Shown here: positions 40,095-53,789 of the stretch, one piece after another | Position numbering within the stretch: the stretch's first letter is position 1 | Layout: each line of letters begins with the position of its first letter | NCBI RefSeq assembly: GCF_006345805.1 | Contig: NC_043009.1 | Coordinates: forward strand, 23,808,001 to 23,872,000 | Direction: 5' to 3' | Source of the DNA: Octopus sinensis | Taxonomy: Eukaryota | Length of the DNA stretch: 64,000 nt | Notes under the pieces: model-generated | Seen by the model: the letters and a program-made list of their open reading frames with translations, nothing else | The model's database searches: none | What the model was told of the DNA's origin: nothing | Made by a program: the position numbers and the translations under genes

Positions 40095-40520
40095 CTCCAT
40101 ATTATTATTTCTTTATTGCTCACAAGAAGCTAAACATAGAGGGGACAAACAAGAACAGACAAAGGGATTAAGTCGATTACATCGACTCCAGTGCGTAACT
40201 GGTACTTAATTTATCGACCCCGGAAGGATGAAAGGCAAATCGACATCGGCGGAATTTGAACACAGAACGTAACGGCAGACGAAATACCTATTTCTTTACT
40301 ACCCACAAGGGGCTAAATTGAGACAGGACAAACAAGGACAGACAAACGGATTAAGTCGATTATATTGACCCCAGTGCGTAACTGGTACTTATTTAATCGA
40401 CCCCGAAATAATGAAAGGCAAAGTCGACCTCGGCGGAATTTGAACTCAAAACGTAGCGTCAGACGAAATACCGCTAAGTATTTCGCCCGGCGTGCTAACG
40501 TTTCTGCCAACTCGCCGCTT
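40095..40520 (-). mobile_element. Tandem SINE family B pair
   Basis: Two head-to-tail copies of gattaagtcgatta...gtaactggtactt...ggcggaatttgaac. Confidence 0.9.
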
Positions 40521-40589
40521 TTCTGCCAACTTGCCGCCTTAACCGAAAGGACAGAGGCCAAGCTATTATGGAGCATCTCCATATTAGCT

Positions 40590-40990
40590 TGGCGCAGGAG
40601 TGGGTGTGTGATAAGTAGCTTGCTTACCAACCACATGGTTCCGGGTTCAGTCCCACTGCGTGGCATCTTGGGCAAGTGTCTTCTACTATAGCCTCGGGCC
40701 GACCAAAGCCTTGTGAGTGGATTTGGTAGAGGGAAACTGAAAGAAGCCCGTCGTATATATGTATATATATATGTGTGTGTATGTTTGTGTGTCTGTGTTT
40801 GTCCCCCTAGCATTGCTTGACAACCGATGCTGGTTTTACGTCGCCGTCACTTAGCGGTTCGGCAAAAGAGACCGATAGATTAAGTACTAGGCTTACAAAG
40901 AATAAGTCCCGGAGTCGATTTTCTCGACTAAAGGCGGTGCTCCAGCATGGCCGCAGTCAAATCACTGAAACAAGTAAAAGAGTAAAGAGA
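40590..40990 (+). mobile_element. Full-length SINE family A
   Basis: Complete head, central domain and gagtaaa tail. Confidence 0.93.
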
Positions 40991-41239
40991 GTCCTTTCAC
41001 CTGTCCAGCACCACCAGGATAGGAGTTTGTAAGATATACATTACCCGAAAAGAAATAGATGGCCTTCGCTGAAAAGCCTTTTGGTTGTATACTGATCAAT
41101 TTGTATTTTAATTATACAACGTGGCTACCTGTACTTGGTTGTATATTATGCTCGAAATAGCAGCTAAATTTCACTTAATCAGACCCGACTGCTTAAGTAA
41201 ATTGAATAATTTAGTCCATTTTAGTCGCCTACCCTCTAT

Positions 41240-42590
41240 AGAGAGTAGGCAACGCCATTAAGGAATATGAGACAGTGGCAAGAGCAAAGGTTAACTGTGA
41301 AAAGACAATCGGTAAGTTGATACCTCTTAACGGCGTCGTGGGACGTTGGATAGAAGGTCCGATTGAACTGCTAGGGGTCTGGTTTAGACCAGATTTCCAG
41401 ACAGAGAATTAGAGCGAACTATCGAGCAGGGTGACCCACCTAACCCAGATCTGGTCTGGGCAGTGGCTATCCCCGAAAAGGAGGGCGGAGGGTGCCAATG
41501 TGTTTATCGCATCTGTGATTATTTACCGCCTAATCGTCGTGCACTGTCCCGATTCTTGGCTGACCAAGTTGGAATGACTGCTCTTTCGCTTTTTGAGGAA
41601 GGGCAAAGGACCATTTGTGAGGTGCTCTATCTGCTGCCAACAACCGTTAAAGGGTGGGCTAAGGATGCCGTGGCGGATGATGCGCAGATATGCACTGAGG
41701 CTGAGACATCTGTGGCTCTACCTTCCAAATTCACACGTTTTTGTGGACTGGAATCCTGGGTCTATCGTAGATCTAAGTTGAGCACTTGGTACACGGAGTC
41801 CGAAGGGGTCTTGTACTTTTCTATCGCTTGGGCAATGCGATGGTGGTGGTTCAGCTGTGTCATTCTATAGATGGTTAGTAGAGTCGAAGTGTGATGATAC
41901 CTTAGTGAAGACCCTAGGCCTCGACAATGATCATCTCACCAGCCTGTTCCGATGAATATTCGGGCCGGGATCTCTGGATGATTTCCAGAAATCCCTGGCC
42001 TGGCAGTGTTATCAAGGCGCATTACCTGTCCGGGATAAGCTCGCAAGGCATGGTTGCTCCGTCTCACCGACTCGCCCAAGATGCGTGCAGGATAGGGAAA
42101 CCGTCCTGCATGCGATTGTATAGTGTTCAGGTGTGTCGGATCTGTGGACTTATGTCGAACAACTGTTGTCAAGTGTTGGAAGAGTACAGCTGTCTGCTGA
42201 GTCAATTGTAAAAATTGCCCCACCCTCCTCCTTGAATAGAAATGGTAAGATTTGTTTTCTTATAGTAGTGGCAGTTGCGAAATAGGTTATATGGAAGACC
42301 AGAATGAAAGGATTTTCGACCGGCACCTGTATCTCTGGCCCTGCATTGGTGAATTTTTTTCATTTTTGATCTGAAGAGGAAAATAGGGCTGGAGAGGAGA
42401 TGCTTGTCAGCTGTTGTGTTTTGGAAAAGATGGAAGAGTAAGATACAGATGTTACGAATGAATGTACCCACATGAATATCCCATAAAGAATTTACATAAG
42501 GTATCAGTGGTGGCACGCAGTTTGTCGGGTCGAAGCAGAACCCGTGCCACCACTTCATTGTTTTGTGTCTTGTGATTGTAAATACATCCG
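41240..42590 (+). mobile_element. Decayed 3' fragment of a Tx1/L1-clade LINE
   Basis: Homologous to 23450-24700 (ELLGVWF, GGLRMP.....RYALRLRHLWLY, SLAWQCYQGALPVRDKL). Confidence 0.85.
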
Positions 42591-42602
42591 ATTTTATATA
42601 TC

Positions 42603-42969
42603 ACTAGCAGCTAAGCCCGGTTTCACCCGGTCTGTTTGGATGATGTGGCTGTGATCATTTTCGGTTTGGCATAATCTACAACAGCGTTTCTCAATCTTAT
42701 CATTTCGGCCCCCTTGGAGCTTCCAGCTGTATGAAAATTTTGTGACTCTCCGCCCCTGTCAGAAAACAGCTTCAGGAGTTCTGAAGAACGAATTTGTACG
42801 TAGTCTGTTTCTGAGAGCTGTTGTATTGGACCGCTGTCTAATCATTAAAACATTGATTTATTTATGAACATAGAAAGACATTATAAATTAATCCTTATTT
42901 TTGTAAGCAGTCGTATTCGTAAAAATTTTATTTGCAGAGAGCAGAAATTGAAAGAAGATATATGAAATG

Positions 42970-43041
<72 letters not shown>

Positions 43042-43560
43042 CGTGCGTGCGTGATTGCGCGTGTGCGTGTGTTTACGATAGTTGATTTATGGAAAGGATT
43101 GTTAAATGCTTGAAATGCAAATATGTGAAGGAAAATTAAGTTCAGACCTCTTCATGGTAGCTTGACCTAGTAGAAATAGCAACCAAATCTCCCTACTGTC
43201 TTAATCCGATAATTCTGCCTATTATGTAGTTTGAATGAGAAACTGTAACTAAAGATTAAAATTATTAACCCCACAGAGGTGAAAGAAGAGAGAAAGCATA
43301 GCGAAATTTTTGGCTCACTGTCATCCTGTACTCCCCTTGTTTCTAGCGAAATGGTATATATCGGCTGTATGAGCAACTGGTTGTTTTAATGGGGAATTCC
43401 ATTAGAAAAAGTTTTAATCGATCGATTTTCTCGGTAAGTATGGGGGCTAGGAAAAAAATACCGCATTCCAATCTATGCATCCGTCTCCACATGTGTGCCA
43501 TTTTCCATGCGAATCCACCCAGCCGTTTGGCTGTGAACCTCAAGACAAGAAAGAATACAA
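42603..43560 (+). mobile_element. Probable non-autonomous Helitron-like element with an internal (GT)n
   Basis: Starts actagcagctaagcccggtttcacccgg (Lep1/HINE-like 5' end); 3' block catgcgaatccacccagccgtttggctgtga. Confidence 0.45.
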
Positions 43561-43829
43561 CAATCGCCCATGTCCAATTTATATTATAGATTAATTTTTA
43601 AACGCTTTCATCTCTTTGTAAACCATCTGGCCCCATCAGATTGTATTGTCCCATCTTTGTTGACCTCTAGGGGGTAATAGAAAATAAGAAGTGAATTAAC
43701 CCTGTTCGATCTAAAAATGAATCAATCTGGTTAAAATTTATTGACCTGAAAAGCATTTAAGTTAGGAACCGGTTAATACACAAGTCTTTTATCTCTCGCT
43801 TGATGTGTGTATATATGTATATACATATA

Positions 43830-43913
<84 letters not shown>

Positions 43914-46528
43914 TATATATATGTGTGTGTGTATATTAAAATACAATTGTATATTAAATCCATATTTTATGCTGCTCATCATAGGTGCATTAGGCTATGC
44001 ACCTACAAATTTACTAAAAAACTAGAAATTCTAAGTTTTTCGAAGAAAGAGCAAAAAGAAAAAAATCTAACGCGATTCCAAATCCATTCTATTAGCGTCA
44101 CAGTGAAAATTTGTGAGACATTGCAAATATTCTCCATCTGAGAGTCTTTGGATGAATAGGTACACACACTTAGGTGTGTGCATCGAAAGCTCAACCAGCA
44201 CACCAACTTAACCAGTTTATATTATAGAGGGAACTCTTAACTCAAAAAGTCTCGTCGCTTTATCAGCCCCTGATCTGAACTGTAGTAAGAACTTAAGCAA
44301 AACTAAAAGAGAAAACATACATAAATAGGGTTACAATTTCGTGGTTTCGGATGTAGTCCCACTGTGCGGCATCTTGAACAAGTGTTTTCATTATGGCTCC
44401 TGGCCGACAAATATTTTCTAAGTGAATTTGGTTGGCGGGATCTCAGAGCATGTCTATCAAGTGTGTTTGTGTGTGCGCGTGTGTGTGTGTTTGTGTGTGT
44501 TTGTGTGTATGGGTGTGCGTGCGTGTGAGTGTGCCTGTATGCGTGTGTGCGTGTGTGTGTATGCGTGTATGTGTGTATACGTATATAAAAGAGCAGAAGT
44601 AGAATGAAATATAGATTCAGGATACAATTGTCGTTTATAATGCCAGGCATGCATATTGATGCAAATGTGTACGATTTGCAGACTGAAATTAATACTACAC
44701 GAAGTTTACGAAACGGCTGTAATCACACTTCACTTCTCACACCCCTGGGGGAGAATTGTATATAACTGTTTGAGTGTGTGCCTTTGTGTATGTATTTGTC
44801 ACTCTTCCCCACTACTTGACAACCAGTGTTGGTTTGTTTAAGTTCTCGTAACACTATTTTTCAATAATGTAAGCTGAAATTAGTGTAAGATTTAGCTTCT
44901 ATTTCTACCAGATCGACTGATTGTATAAATGCAGAGTCATACTATATAACACAAGGTGTAAACGATTTTGTCTGGACTAGCTTGGGCTATTTGCTCTAAA
45001 TTTTGTCTTACTCATTTCCCAATACATTAAACTAGAACTTATGTTAGATTTGAATTCTATTTCTAGCATATCAGGTGACTGTGTTGGGTCTGGCTGTATT
45101 TTGATAGTCACAGGGTTTTCGGACAACCGACTACTTCCTTTTTCACTATTGTAATCTAGAATTTGTTAAATCCATCTTCTATTTCTAGCTTATTGGTTGA
45201 TTATTAAGGTCCTGTGTATGCTTCGATAGCCGAAATTGAACTTAGGATTCGTGTCTCTCGGAACAGCACAATGCTGCTTTGTTAATGTTCAACATCCGTT
45301 GCAATGAGAACTGGCCTTCATTGTGCAATGACTATCTTAGAACGGATTTCTAATCTCACACAAAACACACGAGGACACAAACCAAACACACGCATGTACA
45401 ACACCCCACTCCTGCAACCACACCCCTTACATAAACACACACGCACACGCATGTGTATATATATGAATATATATACACACGCATGTGTATATATATATGA
45501 ATATATATATATATATACATATATACATATATACACACTCACGCACATATATATCTATGCACACGCACACAAATACATACACACACATATAAGTGTATAA
45601 TGCTCGCGCGAGTGTGCATGATATGTGTATATATGTATATATGTATGAATGTATGTATATAATGTATATATATATGTATATATGTATGAATGTATGTATA
45701 TAATGTATATATATATGTATATATATATTAATATAAATATATATATATATATATGTGTATATATATATATATTATATATATAGCACAGATATAAACCCAT
45801 ATCTGTATCTATACATATGAACATTATCATCCATCCATCCATCCATCCATACATACATACGTTCATATACGTATATATACACACACACTCGCTTACGCAC
45901 ACGCGCGCACACAAATATGCCATCACATTCAGTTACAAACGTCCATAGTAATATCTATGTGTATGTGTGTGTGTTTTACACTTCTTGGAAGTTACCTAGA
46001 AATCAGACTTACAATAGCCAGGGACACGCCCTTCATGGGAGTATGTCATGACACCTTAGCGCTCCTGACCACTACCATGTCTCTCACCCTCTCCATCCCC
46101 CTATAATTTCTCCCTCACACTCTCTTTCTCTCTCTCCCTCTCTCTCTCACGATATCTCTGTGTATATGTCTCTCTCTCTTTCCTCTCCAACACACGTGTC
46201 TTCTCTTCTCCGCCTATTTTTCTAATTCTAATTGGTTTTGATATAATTTCAATTGTCACCTTTAACACTTATATATTCTCTCCCTCTTTACATTTCTCTC
46301 TCTTTCTATAGCTTGTTTCTCTGCCCTTCATTCATTCATTCTCCTTCTCTCCCCTTCACTCTCTCCTTCTCTTTCTCCGCCCCCATCACTCTCTACCCCA
46401 TTCCCTCTATCTCTCTCATTTTGTCCCAGTACCGTTATCATTTCCCCTTTCTTTTAAGTACATATTCGTATATGAATGCATGTCTGCAAACATGTATATG
46501 TACGTCATAAAACACTCAAACACACACA

Positions 46529-46578
<50 letters not shown>

Positions 46579-46645
46579 CGTGCACACAATGCCACAGCCT
46601 TCTGGTACTACAATAAAAAAACCCTCACTCCCGCATATGCTTCGC

Positions 46646-46653
46646 TATATAAA
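46646..46653 (+). promoter_or_regulatory. TATA box of the plus-strand secreted precursor gene
   Basis: tatataaa(tag) lies in unique sequence about 89 nt upstream of ATG 46735, which is in the context tcaaccATGa. Confidence 0.65.
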
Positions 46654-46734
46654 TAGAGAGACGGAACATTTTGAACTGGAGTTGTCTCAAAGACCAAACT
46701 GACGAAGGTTACAGACAGTGACAAGGCATCAACC

Positions 46735-46825
46735 ATGAAGTCTGTTACAGTTGCATACGTCCTCTTTGTGATGCTGTCTTGTTTGACAATAGCATATTCT
46801 TATGTTCTGAGGGAATTGGCAAAAA
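46735..46825 (+). CDS. First coding exon with signal peptide: MKSVTVAYVLFVMLSCLTIAYS|YVLRELAK
   Basis: Basic n-region, hydrophobic core, A-Y-S cleavage motif, consensus donor |gtaagt at 46826 (phase 1), upstream TATA box. Confidence 0.8.
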
Positions 46826-46884
46826 GTAAGTATTGTCTTTTAATATATGCATTCATATTAGAAAATATGTATTTTATGTATATT

Positions 46885-46920
<36 letters not shown>

Positions 46921-46949
46921 CACACGCACACAAACACACACACATATAT

Positions 46950-47258
46950 CAATGGCTCAGTGGTTAGGGCAGCGGACTCACGGTCAGAGGATCGCGGTTT
47001 CGCTTCCCAGACCGGGCGTTGTGCGTGTTTTTTGAGCGAAAACACCTAAAGCTCCACGACGCTCCCGCAGGGTGTGGTGCCGACCCCTGTTGTACTCTTT
47101 CGCCCCAACTTTCTCTCACTCTTTCTTCCTGTTTCTTGAGTAACGCTGCGATGGACTGGCGTCCCGTCCAGCTGGGGGGAACACATACGCCCCAGAAACC
47201 GGGAAACCGGGCCCATGAGCCTGGCTAGGCTTGAAAAGGGCGCATCAATAAATGAATA
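46950..47258 (+). mobile_element. SINE family D
   Basis: Matches 11009-11327. Confidence 0.9.
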
Positions 47259-47282
47259 ATATATATATATATATATACATAT

Positions 47283-47614
47283 TCAGATGCACAAGATCTC
47301 TTTGATTGTGTCGAGAACGATAAAAACATTTTGAAAACTTTGCATGGGCCTCTAAGCAGGTATCGCCCAGCTTTTGTCAAAATTTGATGCAGCTTCTCTG
47401 CTCAACTTTCCAGTCCATGGTCACTGCAACGATCACACGCAACACACATTGCTTCCAAGCATTGCTGTAAACGGCGAAGGGGAGCTAGAACGCTAAAACT
47501 TACTACTTGTGCACTGCAGAGAGTTCAAGATCAATCTGTGCCAAGCGGCTTTACTCTCTGTGATTTAGTTCCGTTATTATGGCAGTAGTCCGGATACTTA
47601 TTGATCAGGCCACG
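47283..47614 (-). mobile_element. Third, truncated copy of the two-left-end mariner derivative
   Basis: Same QDLFDCVEND.NILKT / inverted N-terminus junction at about 47343; TIR ending at 47614 followed by TA. Confidence 0.85.
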
Positions 47615-48028
47615 TATGTATACCTGTGTGTGTGTACATATATGCATATAAAAATGTATATATGTATGTATATATATATATATATATATGTATTTATATA
47701 TACGTATATATATATATATTATATATATTATATATATATAATACATATATATATATATATAAAAGATATATACATATATATATATACACACATATATATA
47801 TATATATTATATATTATATATATATATATGTATGGACCATGGTACCACAAAATCTGACTTCAAAAGGATTTAGATAATCCTATCAGGTGGTGCTATTAAG
47901 TTAGACATGACCTGGAGCAATCTATACATATATGTATATATATACATGTATGTATATATATATATATACATATATGTATATATATACATGTATGTATATA
48001 TATATACATATATGTATATATAAACATG

Positions 48029-48067
<39 letters not shown>

Positions 48068-48200
48068 TATATATATGTTTATATATATTAATGTATATAT
48101 AGATATGTATGTATATCTTCTATCTTTTATCACTTATATTTTACGGGTTTCAGCCAGAGGCTGAGGCCATGCTGATGCACTGCCTTTACTGCATCCGGGG

Positions 48201-48259
<59 letters not shown>

Positions 48260-48261
<2 letters not shown>

Positions 48262-48672
48262 TATGTTTACTCTCTTTTGCTCTTTTCCTTGCTTCAGTCA
48301 TTTGACTTCGGCCATGCTGGAGCACCGCCTTTAGTCGAGCAACTCGACCCCGGAACTTATTCTTTGTAAGCCCAGTACTTATTCTATCGGTCTCTTTTGC
48401 CGAACCGCTAAGTGACGGCGACATAAACACACCAGCATCAGTTGTCAAGCAACGCTAGGGGGACAAACACAAACCCACAAACACACACGCACACACATAT
48501 ATATATATATACATATATACGACGGGCTTCTTTCAGTTTCCCTCTACCAAATCCACTCACAAGGCTTTGGTCGGCCCGAGGCTATAGTAGAAGACACTTG
48601 GCCAAGGTACCACGCAGTGGGACTGAACCCGGAACCATGTGGTTGGTAAGCAAGCTACTTACCACACAGCCA
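48260..48672 (-). mobile_element. SINE family A
   Basis: Reverse copy, near full length. Confidence 0.92.
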
Positions 48673-48690
48673 GTATATATATATATATAT

Positions 48691-48756
<66 letters not shown>

Positions 48757-48901
48757 ATATATATATACATATATACATATATATGTATGTATGTATATAT
48801 AGGTCACTCGTATCATTATCGAGCCTGGAGCTAACCGTGGTCTATCCATAGCATTTATCCGATACATTTTGGGTCTTCCTGACACCAATACTTTTCATAC
48901 C

Positions 48902-48945
<44 letters not shown>

Positions 48946-48959
48946 ATATAAATTTACAT

Positions 48960-50030
48960 ACCTATATATCTCGAGAATGGAATACAATTGAATTAGGAGA
49001 TTTAGATTATTCAGACGACATTCGTTTGTTCTCATACGCCTTAAGAACTACAAGACATATCTTGACGACTTACTCAAATAGCCAACTGTATAGATCTCAA
49101 AATCAACGAGAAGAAAACGGACACTCTTCTCAGATGCTGACCATGTGACTTTGAAAGACAAACCAATCGCAAATGATGATGAATTTAACTATCGAGGCAC
49201 CAAAATAACAATGGCTAGACCCTGCATTCATGAAATAAATACTGGGTGTTTCGGAAAGTTTGTGCCGATTTATAGTAGCTTAACTTTCGACTTATTTCAG
49301 AACATAGTTGAGTCTATAAAATAGGATTTGACTACACCTCCATTCAGAGCACAGCTTAAGCTATCTTTTCCTGGAAGAAGATTTATGTTCCTATAACCTG
49401 TGTTAATTCCGTAAACGTTTAAAATGGAAGATAAGAAAGTTCATTTTCGGCACTTGTTGCTTTGGGAACAAGACAAAGATTGCTGCAGCTCGGCTGGGAT
49501 GTGTTACCCCACCCTCCATATTCACCAGATATTACTCCTTCGGATTTCCACTTATTCAGGTCTCTGCAGAATAGTCTTAATGGTAAAAATTTCAATTCTT
49601 TGGATGGTGTAATAAGATACCTTGATGAATTCTTTCCCATGAAACCACCTCAATTCTGGGAAGAGGATATTTTCAAGTTAAAGGAAAGATGGAGACACAT
49701 TGTGCAACAAAATGGTTCATATTTGGTTGATTAAAAATGTAATGGCAAGTATTTATTGACCTTTTTCTTTCCTTAAAAAATCGGCATGAACTTTCCGGAC
49801 AACCCAATACAAGAATCAGCAAAGCTAACCAATCATTCGGTATGTTAAACTCAATATGGAAATCACTAATACTCAGCAAGAGCACCAAAATATGATTTTA
49901 CAATAGCAATATACTTAGCTTCCTCTTCTATGGATCCGGATGTTGGAAAACAACGAAAAATATTGAAAAGAAATTGGAGGTGTTTCAAAATAAGATTCCT
50001 GTTAAAACTGTAATGGACAAAATAAGATTC
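48960..50030 (+). mobile_element. RTE-clade LINE RT fragment interrupted by a mariner
   Basis: DYSDDIRLFSY before the insertion; RISKANQSFGMLNSIWKS...YGSGCWKTTKNIEKKLEVFQNK after it. Confidence 0.75.
49242..49807 (+). mobile_element. Internally deleted mariner with TA duplication
   Basis: TIRs ctgggtgtttcggaaagtttgtgccgattt / aaatcggcatgaactttccggacaacccaa; LPHPPYSPDITPSDFHLFRSL. Confidence 0.93.
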
Positions 50031-50059
50031 CTGTTAAAACTGTAATGGACTACTGAAAC

Positions 50060-51800
50060 TGCTAGGGTATTAATGGCTTCGATCTGATTTTTAGAGCTGA
50101 ATTCAGTTTTTAGTACGGGGCTTACTCTCCTGTAATGCTCCTTTCTTATTTTTCTCCTTCATAGTAGCATGTTGTATACCATATCCTTCGTTTATCCCCA
50201 AGTATTCATAACTTTCTTGTGGATCAAGAAGTTGTTTGCTTGAGCTTGCCTCTTACAAAAGTTGCTTTTCAAGGCCAAAATCCATTCCAATATCATTGCT
50301 GAACTCTTTAACAGTTATTAACAGCCCTACTAGTTCTTCATTTCTAGCAAACAGCTTCAGATAGTCCATATAAAACAGATGATTTACTATAATATTATAC
50401 ATTTTGAACCCATACCTGGTATTACTCAGTTCGTTTGAGAGTGGGATCAGTGCCATGCAAAAGAGTAATGGGGAGAGGGAGTCACCTTGAAAGATGTCTC
50501 GTTTGATGTTGATGTTGTTAGATTGATTCATCCCATTATTATGGTGTAGAAGGAGACTTGTATTCGGCTATGCTACCTTGTAAGAATTTGGAGACGACAG
50601 GAGAGATTGTATATATCTCAAGGGTCTTGAGTATCCAGTTATGTGGGACACTATCAAACGCTTTCCTCTCGTCTATCCATGCCATACTCAGGTTCTTCTT
50701 TTTGTTCGGGCAATTCTTTACAATCCTTTTATTTATGATTAATTGATCTTTGCATCCATAAGAATTCCTTTTACAACCTCCTTGAGTTTGTGGAAAGATA
50801 GGACTCTATTCAAGAAAAGTGTATATTCTTTCAGTTAGTATCAATATGAGGATCTTGTAGGTGGTGTTAAGACATGTTATTGGTCAATATTTCTTTTGGT
50901 AGAAGGCATGTTGTTCCTTCAGTCAGCCAGGTGGATATTTGCTCTGGTTTCTGGATGCCATCAGTCAGGGATGCAGTAAAATGTTAGGGTTCTTCAGTTA
51001 AATAATTCAGTCAAAAGTTAGGGATCCGGTCCAGTCCTGGACTTTTCCATTTGTGAAACTTTCTAAGAACACATCTTAGCTCTTCTGCTCTTATTGTCTC
51101 CCATTTCTCACTTTCTCACACTGTATTCAGTGAGCTTCAGCATTTCATTCTTTTTTGTTGCTCCATATCTTCTTCTAGAGCTCTTCCGTTTCCTCAGTCT
51201 TAGGTGCCTCCATTACTTCTATCTTGCTTTTGTCAATTTCCCTATAACATGTTTTTTTTGCATCTGTCTTGAATACCTTGTTTTATCGATAAAATTTGAT
51301 TAACTTGTAATACCTTCCGAGCCGTTGCGCTTTCAGTTGTATTCGTTGTTTTAATATTTCCTTGGTTGCAGGGAAGGTTTATAAAATCTTTGATTTTATA
51401 TTTTTGCTTGATTTTTCTAGCTTGTTTCGCCTTAACATTTACTCCTCTAGCAAGTTCATCAAGAACTGATACACCCGCCCGCAGAGATTCCATTTCTTTT
51501 TTTATTGCTACTTTCAACTTAAGAGGTCTATTGACAAGGTTGGTCCTCACGCTGTTTGAGAGCTTTGGTAGCGGTTCTCTATTGATCATGTCAGTAAATT
51601 CAGTCTTGCTGAGTTCTCACATAATATCTTCTTTTGATTCTATGATCTTCTCTTTATTATTCCACCTCAAATTCTGTATCATATCTGTTGTGATGTTCTT
51701 GAGGTAGGTCTACTTTCTTCTCTGTCTGCTCTTCGCTATTTTGTCTTCAGCTTCCACGTTGGGATGCACTACTCGTACACTGGGTTATGTGCATCTGTTA
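50060..51800 (-). mobile_element. R4/Dong-clade LINE, decayed RT region
   Basis: IFQGDSLSPLLFCMALIPLS, NHLFYMDYLKLF, GMDFGLEK; upstream EPLPKL. Confidence 0.82.
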
Positions 51801-51822
51801 CCTATTTCATCTGCATTGTTAC

Positions 51823-51944
<122 letters not shown>

Positions 51945-52270
51945 CTTCGTAACACAGTGTAGGTAAAAATACACCGGAGTCTTTAGTCATCTAAAGTCAC
52001 AACAAGGACCTCAGATAGATAATACTTTCTTTAAGATGTGCGGTCTGCCCAATAAGGCAGCTTTTTGCAAGACATTTACCTTGCAGGAGATTTCCAGTTG
52101 CCTTAAGAAGTTTTGAAGTTTCAATGGGATTGAGCACAACGCTCCGATCACTATTCGTATCACTTTTACATTATACTCTCGCATTCCATATAATCTTGCA
52201 TTCTTGTCGGCTATGAAAAGGTATCGTAGCTCTTAGCTCCGGCATTTGAAACTCTGAGTCCTATTATGGC
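51945..52270 (-). mobile_element. R4/Dong-like 3' end with a (TAA)n/(TGA)n tail at 51825-51945
   Basis: IVIGALCSIP...LEI....LQKAALLG.PHILR; the same 3' end is on the plus strand at 56240-56392. Confidence 0.8.
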
Positions 52271-52279
52271 AACTTAGTT

Positions 52280-52481
52280 ATTGTTCAAAACTATACATGC
52301 ACACATACAAACATACAAACATACATACGTACGTACGTACGTACGTACATACATGTATATATACATACATACATACATACATACATACATACATACATAC
52401 ATACATACATACATACATACATGCATACATACATACATACATACATACATACATACATACATACATACATACATACATACA

Positions 52482-52513
<32 letters not shown>

Positions 52514-52520
52514 CATATAT
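52280..52520. repeat. Long (CATA)n microsatellite
   Basis: Read directly from the sequence. Confidence 0.97.
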
Positions 52521-52532
52521 ACACAGTCCCAT

Positions 52533-53090
52533 CCAAGGGTCGGCGGAAATGTTTATAGGCTGAAGAAGGTACTTTCGTGGAATGTGACCAAATGAAGTTT
52601 ATTTTTCAGCAAAGTCCACCTTAGCGGTCCACACACTTCTTTCATTCGACGTTGCCGTGCTTGGATCCCATAGGTGAAGAAACTTTCCTTCTGTTGGCCC
52701 AAAAGTCATGCGCAGTAGAAGTGACACCATCACCACTACAATACTGGTTTCCAGCCCAAAAGTGTTTCATGGGGAACAGATGATAGTCAGATGGGGTCAA
52801 ATCAGGAGAATAGGGATGGCGATCATAAACCAGTTCAAAGTCACAGTTACGCACAGCAGCCATTGAAAGCAAGGGCTTGTGTGTTGGATTATTACCCTGA
52901 TGAAACAAAACACCTTCTGTCAGTCTTTCTGGGCGTTTGGCCTTAATAGACTTGCGTAACTGCCCCAGCAAGTTAGCATAGTACTCTCAATTGATGTAAT
53001 GACCCTTTTGAAGATAGTCCATAATGTATTTTGTATCCACCAAAATTGAGGCCGTCAATTTCCCTGCAGAGGAAAAACCCTTAGCCATCT
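52533..53090 (-). mobile_element. Mariner 3' fragment
   Basis: LFHQGNNPTH...HPYSPDLTPSDYHLFP. Confidence 0.88.
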
Positions 53091-53104
53091 TTGGAGTGGG
53101 TGAA

Positions 53105-53505
53105 GAGGAGTGCTAGTGGCTGTGTGGTAAGAAGCTTGCTTACCAACCACATAGTTCTGGGTTCAGTCCCACTGCATGGCAACTTGGGCAAGTGTCTTCT
53201 ACTATAGCCTCGGGTCGACCAAAGCCTTGTGATTGGATTTGGTAGACGGAAACTGAAAGGATCTCGTCGTATATATGTATATATATATGTGTGTGTGTTT
53301 GCGCGTCTGTGTTTGTCCCCCCAACATCGCTTGACAACCGATGCTAGTGTGTTTACGCCCCTGTAAATTAGCGGTTCAGCAAAGGAGACTGATAGAATAA
53401 GTACTAGGCTTACAAAGAATAAGTCCTGGGGGTCGATTTGCTCGACTAAATGCGGTGCTCCAGCATGGCCGCAGTCAAATGACTGAAACAAGTAAAAGAG
53501 TACAA
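53105..53505 (+). mobile_element. SINE family A
   Basis: Full central domain and tail. Confidence 0.92.
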
Positions 53506-53789
53506 GAGTCACTCCCCACATATACATATTTGCTCCTCACGCGTACACACTCTCACTAACATATATTTACAAATGCGTTTTCAGCATGTATGCAGTTAAA
53601 TGACAGATAGTAGTGAAGAGCGGAAAGACTGCAAATGATTCCTAAATACATCACATTTCTTTCTCCAACACACTTTTCTCATTCATCTTCTTGTATTTTG
53701 TCTTTTCTATAACTTTCTTTTCATTGAAATCAAGCGTTATGTTATGACTCTCCATTTTTTTAAAGTGTTGAACTAATACAACATTTAAA

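Noticed and set aside
45992-46036. MKGVSLAIVSLISR*, resembling the plus-gene signal start
   Set aside because: Too short, wrong splice phase, no promoter; likely chance.
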